A DNA stretch of 64,000 nt from Promethearchaeota archaeon (GTDB taxonomy: Archaea; Asgardarchaeota; Lokiarchaeia; Sigyniarchaeales; SOKP01): positions 64,001 through 128,000 of the forward strand of contig JBHLOY010000004.1 of the NCBI GenBank assembly GCA_048939995.1, read 5' to 3'. Made by a program: the position numbers and the translations under genes. Below, one piece after another: positions 29,095-37,878 of this stretch (within the stretch, counting starts at the first letter, position 1; every line of letters begins with the position of its first letter). Below the pieces are notes generated by a model. That model saw nothing but the letters and a program-made list of their open reading frames with translations. It did not search any database and had not been told where the DNA came from.

Positions 29095-31461
29095 TCAATA
29101 AATATATAAGGACAATTTCTTATTCTGAACTCTTCGAATAATAAAATATAGAATTATGAATACAATACAAAAAACCAAAGAAAATAGCATGCTCCAAAGT
29201 GATATCAACCAAATTAGACAGATTCCTGTAAAGATTAAAATAATGTAACATAAAAAGAATGATTTTTTAGGGCGATTTTTTTCCCAGATAAATAACCAAC
29301 CTCCAAATATCACTCCGAGATCATAACCTATACTTAAAAAAGGTTTTAAATTACTATAATTCATTACTGCCAATGAAAAGGCTCCAAATAAACCCACAAT
29401 TAGAAATATCCAGACATTCTTTCGTTCTTTCTCTTCAAAAGCTGTTTTTTTAATATATTTAAACCCATTTCGATAAAGTGCCCAAAATACAAGAGCAGTA
29501 CTAAAAATTTTTAAGTAAAAGTGACCAAAAAATAGATCCAGATTCTCTAAAAAAGTAAGATCAAGATTATATCCAAAATTTACTAATAAATTCAGAAAAG
29601 ATTTAGGAATTGAAAATTCAAATATAAAATTAATTGAAGGAATTAGCTCAATTGATAAAAGGATCTTTACAGCTGCCCTTATAGACCATATTAGATATAA
29701 TATAACGAAGATGTCAAAATATTTATAAATTCGCCATCTAAAAACTATAACGGAAATTTTGAGATATCGAGATAATGTTGCAATAATACAAGCCCCAATT
29801 AGGAGATTAATTATTAAAGAACCAAGGAAAAAAAGCCATACTAAAAAATTTGAGGTTAGACTTACGATATTAACATTTATAAAGGTTATTGTTCCTATTA
29901 ACGCGATTAAACTAGCGTAGACTAAAGATTTAATGAATCCTATTCTCTTTCTTACTAATCTACGTTTCACACCTTTAATGAAATCTTCTTCCAATTTACA
30001 AGTTTCACTGAGCGACATCAAACGCTCATACTTTTCACCAGTTGCTTTTAAAGCTAAAGCTTTAAACTTTTCTGAGCCCTTCTTTCGTAGGGGGTTATTT
30101 TTTAAATTGATACTTTTAAGATTTAAAAGCTGGTTAAGAGAATCAGGTAAAGATATTAACTTATTATTTTCTAAATTTAGATTTTCAAGTAATTTTAAAT
30201 TTCCAATGGATTCTGGTATAGTTGTTAATTTATTATCATAGAGATCTAAAATTCTTAGTCCTTCTAAATTCCCAAAAGAGTTTGGTAAATATGTGAGGTT
30301 ACAAGAACTTAAATCCAATTTCCGTAAGGCTTTTAGTTTTCCAAAATTATCTGGTAATTCTTTTAAGTCTCCCTTAAAAAAGAAAGCTGGAGCTTCTAAA
30401 TTTAGATCTCGTAGATTAGCTAAATTACTAATAGAGGTTGGCAAACTTGAAATGGGATTATTTGCTAAGTTAAGAAATTTTAATAATTGAAGATTTCCAA
30501 TTGAATCAGGGATTAATACTAATTTATTATTTTCTAGATGTAACTGTACTAATTTATTCAGCTTTCCAAAATCTTCTGGTACAAATGATAAATCAGTCAG
30601 AGCTAAATCTAAGAACTCAATATTACGTAAGTTTAAGAGTACACTTGGAACTTTATTTAATGGATTACACCTCAAAGTTATTCTTTTTAGAAATTTGAAG
30701 TTTTCTAAAAAATCTGGAAGTGTTTTTAAATTACAATTGAATAATCCTATTCCAGTTATATTTCCATTTTTAACAGTAATACCAAAAGAATTATTATCAA
30801 TTCCAAATAATAAAGGAAAACCCTCTTTCTCAAGTTTGCTCAAGTTATAGATAACATATGGAATATAATTTTCGACTAAAAATTCTTCAATTCTTTCTAT
30901 ATTCTCAATTTCTTTAGACTCTAAATTATATTTTCTATATTTACTTTCAATACTATAATCAATCTTCTGATAATGACTCTTAATAATTTTTATCATCGAT
31001 AAGAAGGATTCACTCAGATTATTACCTGTTTTAGCTGATACAGAGAATTCAGGAAGACTATTGAATTGAGTTTTTATTGTATCCTTTTGTCTTATTAGGT
31101 CAGATTTAGTTGAAATTATGAAAATCGGAATATCAAATTCATAATTTGTCTTAACATATTCATACCATCTGGTTGCTGCTAATATAAAATCATTAATCGT
31201 TGATTGGATTACAATTATAACAGCATCAACAGATTTAAAGATTTTTTCTTTTATTTGATCTTTCTGAATTGTTAAACCTCCAGTATCCCAGAAAACAATA
31301 TTAATCTCTTTATCATTATTAAGCTGAACAACCTTTTTTATAATATTAAAACCTATTGTAGGATAATGGAATTCTGAAAATTCATTAAAGACAAATCTAT
31401 TTATTAGCGATGTTTTTCCAACTTGATAGTCTCCCAAAACAATAATTTTAAAGTTTCTCAA
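29095..31461 (-). CDS. Rab-like small GTPase - LRR - multipass membrane fusion protein
   Basis: G1 GDYQVGKTS, G2 PTIG, G3 WDTGG, G4 TKSD and G5 SAKTG; about 9-10 LRRs; about 8 C-terminal TM helices. Confidence 0.88.
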   Translation of the reverse strand: MRNFKIIVLGDYQVGKTSLINRFVFNEFSEFHYPTIGFNIIKKVVQLNNDKEINIVFWDTGGLTIQKDQIKEKIFKSVDAVIIVIQSTINDFILAATRWYEYVKTNYEFDIPIFIISTKSDLIRQKDTIKTQFNSLPEFSVSAKTGNNLSESFLSMIKIIKSHYQKIDYSIESKYRKYNLESKEIENIERIEEFLVENYIPYVIYNLSKLEKEGFPLLFGIDNNSFGITVKNGNITGIGLFNCNLKTLPDFLENFKFLKRITLRCNPLNKVPSVLLNLRNIEFLDLALTDLSFVPEDFGKLNKLVQLHLENNKLVLIPDSIGNLQLLKFLNLANNPISSLPTSISNLANLRDLNLEAPAFFFKGDLKELPDNFGKLKALRKLDLSSCNLTYLPNSFGNLEGLRILDLYDNKLTTIPESIGNLKLLENLNLENNKLISLPDSLNQLLNLKSINLKNNPLRKKGSEKFKALALKATGEKYERLMSLSETCKLEEDFIKGVKRRLVRKRIGFIKSLVYASLIALIGTITFINVNIVSLTSNFLVWLFFLGSLIINLLIGACIIATLSRYLKISVIVFRWRIYKYFDIFVILYLIWSIRAAVKILLSIELIPSINFIFEFSIPKSFLNLLVNFGYNLDLTFLENLDLFFGHFYLKIFSTALVFWALYRNGFKYIKKTAFEEKERKNVWIFLIVGLFGAFSLAVMNYSNLKPFLSIGYDLGVIFGGWLFIWEKNRPKKSFFLCYIILIFTGICLIWLISLWSMLFSLVFCIVFIILYFIIRRVQNKKLSLYIY

Positions 31462-31576
31462 ATAATTCCCTTTAAAGAATTTATAAGTGTTAGTAGATTT
31501 TCAGGAAAAATTATTCCATCAAATATCCTATATATTAGAACTTTATAAATTTAAAGAAATAGTGTGTTAGATTTTC

Positions 31577-31864
31577 TCAAGTCTCCTTTTTTAATAAATC
31601 TGTATATTCTCCATCCATTATTCTAGCAATATAACGTCTCCCTTTTATAATCCACATAATCTTATGACCTTCACGTGCCTTTTTGCCCCATTCTGATTTC
31701 TTCTTCCAATTTTGTTGAATATAACGATAACCAAAAAGATCTAAATATTTAATACCACTTGAGAATTTTTCAATAGGATATTCTATCTCATCAATAATAA
31801 CTTTTTTTTTCCCTTCGAATATAGCTTCATATATTATTAAAGCATTTTTCTTTATATCTTCCAT
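31577..31864 (-). CDS. Small basic hypothetical protein
   Basis: Conserved-looking 'YIQQN..K.SEW.K.AREGHKIMW' segment; ATG at 31864 after GTGA. Confidence 0.7.
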   Translation of the reverse strand: MEDIKKNALIIYEAIFEGKKKVIIDEIEYPIEKFSSGIKYLDLFGYRYIQQNWKKKSEWGKKAREGHKIMWIIKGRRYIARIMDGEYTDLLKKET

Positions 31865-31957
31865 TAATATCACATATTTGAATTTTAATGTAATAGAGAA
31901 AAGATAAAATTTAATGCTTACTATTGTCGCTTATTAGAATTTTATTAGGTATTAACT

Positions 31958-33430
31958 TTGAAAGATAACATAATTAACGACAAATGGATTTTAGAGAGAA
32001 TCTCTTCTCAAAGTAAAAGCTTTAATAATTGGTTAAATAACCTAATTGACACTGTCGAAAAAGCTGTAAAAGAAATACCATCTGAAACACTTGAAGAACT
32101 TAAAAAACATGGAGATATATCCTCCCTCAAAGATATTGATCAAAACTTAGCTGTTGTTAGAAAAGAAATTCCTAATATTCAAAAAGAATTGTCAAATTTA
32201 GGATTTTTAGGGAAAAAATTTGGGACAGACTTAGCTAATAAAATAATGAGCTCAGTTCAAAATGAAATTAAAGGACAGTTAAGCCAAGAATTTGATCTTG
32301 ACTTTGTAACAGGAAGGCGAAAAAACTTATCCGTTGCTCTCTATGACGTGTCAAAAGAACGTGGGATTGATTCCGAAGGGATACTATATTTATTACGTGC
32401 TTTACCAGATTTAGAAGCATTTTTATATAGTACTAGTGTTAAAAAATATTATAGAGATCATACTGAACATGCACTCCGAGTTGCTGTTTTAGGAGATTTT
32501 CTTCTAGAACAAGATTTGGGGCAAGGTAATTTAGCGGGAGTTATTTCAGATTTGACTGAATTAGAAAAGAGCGAAATTAAAGATAAATTTTGGTGGATTG
32601 CAGGGTTAATTCACGATATTGGTTACCCTCTAGGTAAGATGACAACAGCAATTAATTTTTCATTAGTAAATCAATTACTAAAATGTTATCCCACCCTTGA
32701 TCTTGAATTTATACCCTTTGAAATTGGTTTATCATGGAAAGGCTCACAAGAAGATTATTTAAAAATAATTGAAGAGGATCTCTCAAAGGAAGCACGCTCA
32801 CTTATAAGAGCCGGAGCGGGAGTTGATAATCCAAGTTTAACCCCTCAAGAAACTCAAGTATATCTCAAAACAGAAGAAGGTCATCCAGAATACAACTATT
32901 CAAATCTATTAAATTTGGATCATGGCGTAATTTCTGCCCTATCTTTATTGAATAGTTTAGGCACACCAGAAGAAATTAAAAACAATGATGAACTCTCAGG
33001 ATACCTTTTAGTGGCTAAAGCAATAGCTTTACACAATTTTAAGGCACAATTGAAAGAATATACTTTTGATAATCACCCATTAGCTTTTTTCTTATTGTTA
33101 ATTGATGAGCTTCAAGAGTGGGGCAGACCAATTCCAATTAAGGTGAGAGACACCTATTTTACAACTGAATTGAAAAAGATCACTTTACTTGATGAAATAA
33201 TACTTAATTTAGATGAGTTCAATTGGTTAATGAAATTCAAGAATAAAAGTGCTGAAAAGCTTATGGATTTCAATTTTAGAATTTTCTCAAAAGAAAAAAA
33301 GAATACATTTAATAGATTAAATAGAGGAAATAAATTTTCTCAGACCAAAATTCAATTGCAAGATATTAAAACAGATTTGAAACCTAAAAGCAAGGAGAAA
33401 ATCCTTGATGAGATGACAATAATTATATAA
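31958..33430 (+). CDS. HD-superfamily metal-dependent phosphohydrolase
   Basis: YRDHTEHALRV, LIHDIGYP, DHGVISA, IALHN and LLIDELQEWGR motifs; N-terminal helical extension. Confidence 0.8.
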   Translation: MKDNIINDKWILERISSQSKSFNNWLNNLIDTVEKAVKEIPSETLEELKKHGDISSLKDIDQNLAVVRKEIPNIQKELSNLGFLGKKFGTDLANKIMSSVQNEIKGQLSQEFDLDFVTGRRKNLSVALYDVSKERGIDSEGILYLLRALPDLEAFLYSTSVKKYYRDHTEHALRVAVLGDFLLEQDLGQGNLAGVISDLTELEKSEIKDKFWWIAGLIHDIGYPLGKMTTAINFSLVNQLLKCYPTLDLEFIPFEIGLSWKGSQEDYLKIIEEDLSKEARSLIRAGAGVDNPSLTPQETQVYLKTEEGHPEYNYSNLLNLDHGVISALSLLNSLGTPEEIKNNDELSGYLLVAKAIALHNFKAQLKEYTFDNHPLAFFLLLIDELQEWGRPIPIKVRDTYFTTELKKITLLDEIILNLDEFNWLMKFKNKSAEKLMDFNFRIFSKEKKNTFNRLNRGNKFSQTKIQLQDIKTDLKPKSKEKILDEMTIII

Positions 33431-33746
33431 TCTTTTCTTTAAATGCCATAATTCTTAAATTCTTGATTATAATATTATTTGAAGCTTAGATATTTATGAC
33501 AAGTTTCTCAATTGATTAATCAATTAAAAGTAAAACAAAATTCATTGAGAAGATTCGAGATAATATTAATAGATAGTGGGAGCCATTTCCCACGCTACTT
33601 TTTAGAAAGCTACTAAATCATGTAGATACTTAGCAATTAAGTTAATGATGCGATAATAATTGGACTCCAAATTATTTTTAATCCTTATTGACGATATATC
33701 AATTAGGAGTAAATTATAATAAATTAAGAATCTATAAAGTTATGAG

Positions 33747-33935
33747 ATGAATGTAAGAATGGAAAGTAATGTAGATTATTACGAGTTTCTAGATTTTGTT
33801 AACAAATCTTCTAAGAAGCAAAAATCAATACAAAGAGATGCTGCTAAGATAGTTTTTGAAAACTTTCATCTATGCTTAATCAAGAAAGAATTAGAAATTG
33901 AGATACAAAAAATAACTAAATTATTGTCAAATTAA
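33747..33935 (+). CDS. Small hypothetical protein
   Basis: 62-aa ORF (alternative ATG at 33759) in an otherwise empty gap; no recognisable motif. Confidence 0.4.
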   Translation: MNVRMESNVDYYEFLDFVNKSSKKQKSIQRDAAKIVFENFHLCLIKKELEIEIQKITKLLSN

Positions 33936-33963
33936 GCATTATAAACATTCAAACATAACCTAC

Positions 33964-34563
33964 TTATTTCATACTCAGTTTTTTGGCTATTAATTCTAAA
34001 TAAGAATCTCTTATTGAGTCTTTTTCAGTTATTCCGAACTGTTTAAGAAAATCAAAAATTAGGTCTTTACTCTTAATCATCTCTATTTTATCCTCTATTT
34101 GTATTTCAGCTTCTATGAAATTTTGATTTAGAATTGGTAAATAATCGAGTAATAAATCTATCTTTTTGTTTTTAAACCAAAATTCATATAATTCTCTTTC
34201 CTTCTTTACAGTTAAGATCTCTTTAAAACCCAAATGGCTTAACAAATTTCTCATACTTCTTATATCTTTTATTTCCGTTTCAATTTCTTCTCGAGTTTTT
34301 GTTGTTTGATCAATTCTTTTTCCTTTGTAAGTAATATAAAATTTTTTTAAGTAAGGTTTTTCATCCTTATTCTTATTAAATTCGATAGCTTCTCTTAACC
34401 GAAGAGCTTCATCTGTTTTTTTGAAATCTCTTAATCCTTTGGGCATGTTGAAATAGGTATCCTCATGATTTAGCGATATAATATACTTCCCATTTAATTT
34501 GGTTATTTTATTATATAATAAATCTGGATTATAATTAGCTACTTTAATTTCGACCTCAATCAT
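33964..34563 (-). CDS. cyaB: CYTH-family protein (class IV adenylate cyclase/triphosphate tunnel metalloenzyme)
   Basis: IEVEIK (ExExK), DTYF, ALRLR, TYKG, REEIE, VKKER, FIEAE and SYLEL motifs. Confidence 0.9.
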   Translation of the reverse strand: MIEVEIKVANYNPDLLYNKITKLNGKYIISLNHEDTYFNMPKGLRDFKKTDEALRLREAIEFNKNKDEKPYLKKFYITYKGKRIDQTTKTREEIETEIKDIRSMRNLLSHLGFKEILTVKKERELYEFWFKNKKIDLLLDYLPILNQNFIEAEIQIEDKIEMIKSKDLIFDFLKQFGITEKDSIRDSYLELIAKKLSMK

Positions 34564-34648
34564 GATGTTCAACTTAATTTACTGATAACAAATATAATTT
34601 ATTATTTTTTATTAAGTATTAATGTAAATAAATTGAGTTGACAATAAA

Positions 34649-35614
34649 ATAACCAATCCTCAAAAAAGAAGTCAAGAGCTCGCCCAAAAATTTGGTTATC
34701 TTCCTTATATGATTGAAAGGTATATTCAATTCTTAGGTTTAGAAGATACTATAAAACTTTTAGAAGCAAATGAAAGAACATTGATTCCCTCCATTAGAGT
34801 CAATACATTAAGAATATCCCCCGCGGTTTTAAGAGATAAATTAATAAAAAAAGATTTCAAGTTAAGAGTCTTAGAATGGGTCCCTTATGGATTTGAAGTT
34901 TTAAAAACTAAATTAAACTTAGGGTCTACTCATGAATACTTACAAGGATATTATTATTTGCAAAATAAAGCATCTATGCTCCCACCAATAATTCTTGCTC
35001 CCAAACCAAACGAAACGGTAATCGATATGTGTGCTGCTCCAGGAGGAAAATCTACCCATTTAGCTCAAATAATGAATAATCAAGGAGCTCTTATTTTAAT
35101 TGAAAAGAATCCGAGGAGAATTTCTTCCTTAGAAATGAATATACGTAGGATGGGAATTACTAATTCAATCATTTTGAATACTGACGCAAGAAATATAACA
35201 GAATTGAACATTAAAGCAGATCGCATCTTATTGGACGCCCCTTGTACTGGTGAAGGGTTGATTCGAGAGGATCCAAGCAGAAAAGTAAGTAGAACTATAA
35301 CTGATTTAGAAAAAATGGCTGAAATACAGAAAAAATTATTAAATTCTGGGCTCCATTCCTTGAAAAAAGGAGGGTTCTTATTGTATAGTACTTGTTCGAT
35401 TAGTCCTGAAGAAAATGAATTTGTAATAGATGAACTTCTAAGAAGTCAGTCCAAATTTAAAATTCAGAAAATTGAAAAAACCTATGGAATTCAAGGGATT
35501 ACACATTTCAACGGAAATAACCTCTTAGACGATCTTATCTACTCTCAGAGATTGTATCCTCATCTCCATGATACAATTGGATTCTTTCTCTGCTTAATTA
35601 AAAGAATAAAATAA
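34649..35614 (+). CDS. nop2: NOL1/NOP2/Sun family RNA m5C methyltransferase
   Basis: IRVNTL, DMCAAPGGKS, LLDAPCTGEG and YSTCSISPEENE motifs. The frame is open upstream of the track ATG (34709), giving a probable ATA start at 34649. Confidence 0.92.
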   Translation: MTNPQKRSQELAQKFGYLPYMIERYIQFLGLEDTIKLLEANERTLIPSIRVNTLRISPAVLRDKLIKKDFKLRVLEWVPYGFEVLKTKLNLGSTHEYLQGYYYLQNKASMLPPIILAPKPNETVIDMCAAPGGKSTHLAQIMNNQGALILIEKNPRRISSLEMNIRRMGITNSIILNTDARNITELNIKADRILLDAPCTGEGLIREDPSRKVSRTITDLEKMAEIQKKLLNSGLHSLKKGGFLLYSTCSISPEENEFVIDELLRSQSKFKIQKIEKTYGIQGITHFNGNNLLDDLIYSQRLYPHLHDTIGFFLCLIKRIK

Positions 35615-35617
35615 GAG

Positions 35618-36181
35618 CTAGTTTTCTTTTCTTAGATAATAACCTTTATCAACTAAATTAGCTACAATTAAATCCTCGGAGTGAAATTTATTGAAATAAT
35701 TGCCGTCAATTTTATTTAACCCAATTGCTAATAATTCTTTTATTTCGTTTAAAATAATAACTATTCTATTGATTTTTATTTCAAGGGGGAAAGATAATAT
35801 CATTTTTTTTAAGACATTATTTCCGTAAAGAATTGCCTTTTCTCCTTCTTCGTTTACAATTAATTGGCATTTTTTGGAAATGTAATTCTCTTTATATAAA
35901 AATTCAGCTCCTTCTAAACTCAAAAAAAAAACTCCTTTTTTTATAAAACCAAAATAAAGACCAAGAGAATAAATATTTGGAAAATTAACTATCTGCTTGA
36001 AAAGGTTTAGTTTTTCATGAATTAGGTAAACTGGAATTTGATTCTTCTTAGATTCTTGATTTAAGATTACATTAAGATAATATCTATTCTCTCCTAATAA
36101 TACAGTGAATTTATTTGAAATTTGAGATAGAGAATTACTTATGATTTTTTTTTCAAAATCATTAATTTGTCTAACGCTCAT
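35618..36181 (-). CDS. NIP7-like ribosome biogenesis protein (pre-PUA + PUA)
   Basis: SLGLYFG, LSLEG, GEKAILYGNNV and DKGYYLR motifs. Confidence 0.85.
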   Translation of the reverse strand: MSVRQINDFEKKIISNSLSQISNKFTVLLGENRYYLNVILNQESKKNQIPVYLIHEKLNLFKQIVNFPNIYSLGLYFGFIKKGVFFLSLEGAEFLYKENYISKKCQLIVNEEGEKAILYGNNVLKKMILSFPLEIKINRIVIILNEIKELLAIGLNKIDGNYFNKFHSEDLIVANLVDKGYYLRKEN

Positions 36182-36259
36182 TATGCCAAAAAATCAAAAA
36201 AAATAAGTAGATTTATTAATATTAATCAAGTAAGATATTAAAAAATAGTGTTAAGTAGA

Positions 36260-36976
36260 ATGGGTATTCGAAAAATAGAAGATGATATTGACTTAGAAGA
36301 AGCAATCAAGAAAAAAGCAGCAGAGCTAAGAATTAAAGACATCCAAGCAAAAGCAGAAACAGAAAAGTTTACCAAAGAAAGGTTAAGAGAATTAGCTAAA
36401 AAGCACGGGGTTATTTTAGCATTAACTCCTGAATTGAAGGATGAAGTAAAATATTTACAGAAAGAGTATAAGATTCCTACCTCCAAAATTATAACTGAAC
36501 AAATTACAGAGCATGATGTATTAAAAAAATCTTCTAAAGTAGATCATGAAAAGCTAGGGATGCTAGCATACCAAAGAGTTCTTATGCAGAAAGAAGAAAT
36601 TGGGGCCGGGATAATTCCAATTTCAGATGTTTTTGAGATGATACATACTGGAATTTTAAAAGGGAACGTTGAAATTAAAGATTTAAAAAAGGCTTTAAAA
36701 CTATTAAAGAAAAATCAAGTAATTGATGATGTTGAGGAATTAGATTCTGGTACAATTATGATAAGATTTTTTCCAGTTCAATATACTAGTGATCAAGTAA
36801 AAGTTATAGAAGTTGCCAAAGATAAGGGTTATGTGTCATTAGAAGATGTTTGTGTCGCTTTAAATTGGCCTCAAGACAGGGCTTTAAAAACTTTAAGTTC
36901 TCTTGAACAAACTGGTATTGCAAAGTTTAGAGAATCTCTTTTAAAGGGTAAACAATGGTACTTTCCATCAATATAA
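36260..36976 (+). CDS. ESCRT-II Vps22/Vps36-like (EAP30 domain) protein
   Basis: MGIRKIE N-terminus and tandem winged helices ('GIIPISDV..DLKKALKLL', 'LNWPQDRALKTL..L..GI..QWYFP'); ESCRT locus context. Confidence 0.85.
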   Translation: MGIRKIEDDIDLEEAIKKKAAELRIKDIQAKAETEKFTKERLRELAKKHGVILALTPELKDEVKYLQKEYKIPTSKIITEQITEHDVLKKSSKVDHEKLGMLAYQRVLMQKEEIGAGIIPISDVFEMIHTGILKGNVEIKDLKKALKLLKKNQVIDDVEELDSGTIMIRFFPVQYTSDQVKVIEVAKDKGYVSLEDVCVALNWPQDRALKTLSSLEQTGIAKFRESLLKGKQWYFPSI

Positions 36977-36980
36977 TATT

Positions 36981-37877
36981 TTACTCTACCTTAATTTTGA
37001 AGGAAATTTGCCCATCCTCGGATTTAATTATTCTGCCACGTTCATTTTTTTCTAGTCGTTTGAAAATTTCAAGTAAATCTTCTTTTGGTAGGTTGCTAAA
37101 GGCTCTATTAGATTCTCTGATCTCAAATATCAAAATAGGTTCTAGTGGTGAAATCTCCATTGCCCATTCATAAATCTCCTCGGCCCAATTATCAAGAGTT
37201 TTCCAATATATCCTTAGTTTCTCTTTACTTTTTGAAAGCCATTCTGCCTGTTTTTTATCTACTAATTCCTGGGCAATTATTTCTAATGCTGTATTTCTAT
37301 CCTCAAATTTAGAAAATGGTTTTTCTGATTCTAATTTTCTTAAATATAAAATATGAAGGATTGCATATCTTGCATAATCAAAAAGGACCTTTGACCATTC
37401 ACTCTTCCATGATTCAAAATCTTTAAGATCAATTTTTTTATTAGGGATAGAGTACATGAATATATACCTTTTTTCTTCAAGCCACGGATAATCATTAAGT
37501 AATAACTCATAAGTGGAGACCTCTTTAGCAATAACACCCTCTTCTCCAACTAATTCTAATTCTATACTTTTAAGTTCCTTCTCTATTTGAGCAGAATGTT
37601 GCTTATATGCTTCTAAATCCACGTCTCCTAATGTACTTGTTAGAAAGTCCTCAATTTTGTCTAAGCGAGTTTCAATATTTTCTTCTATTGGCTTCTCAGC
37701 AATCTCAGAAGATATTTCTCCTTCAACAATATTCTCTTCTTGAGGTTTGTCCAACTCTCTTTGTCTTTTTAATTCTTTTAAACGGACTAATTCTTTCCTT
37801 AAATCTTCTAAATCTATCTCAGATTTTTCCTCAATTTCTTCCATAAGGTCTTTAGGTTTTTCTCTTTGTTCTTCCAT
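36981..37877 (-). CDS. vps25: ESCRT-II Vps25-like protein with long acidic N-terminal extension
   Basis: 'W..EWSKVLFDY', 'AEW....K..IYWKTLDNWAEEIYEWA' and 'L.K..RG.I' Vps25 winged-helix motifs; starts 1 nt after the vps4 stop. Confidence 0.85.
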   Translation of the reverse strand: MEEQREKPKDLMEEIEEKSEIDLEDLRKELVRLKELKRQRELDKPQEENIVEGEISSEIAEKPIEENIETRLDKIEDFLTSTLGDVDLEAYKQHSAQIEKELKSIELELVGEEGVIAKEVSTYELLLNDYPWLEEKRYIFMYSIPNKKIDLKDFESWKSEWSKVLFDYARYAILHILYLRKLESEKPFSKFEDRNTALEIIAQELVDKKQAEWLSKSKEKLRIYWKTLDNWAEEIYEWAMEISPLEPILIFEIRESNRAFSNLPKEDLLEIFKRLEKNERGRIIKSEDGQISFKIKVE

Positions 37878-37878
37878 A

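Noticed and set aside
29095-31461. Roco/LRRK protein
   Set aside because: The domain order is GTPase then LRR, and there is no COR domain.
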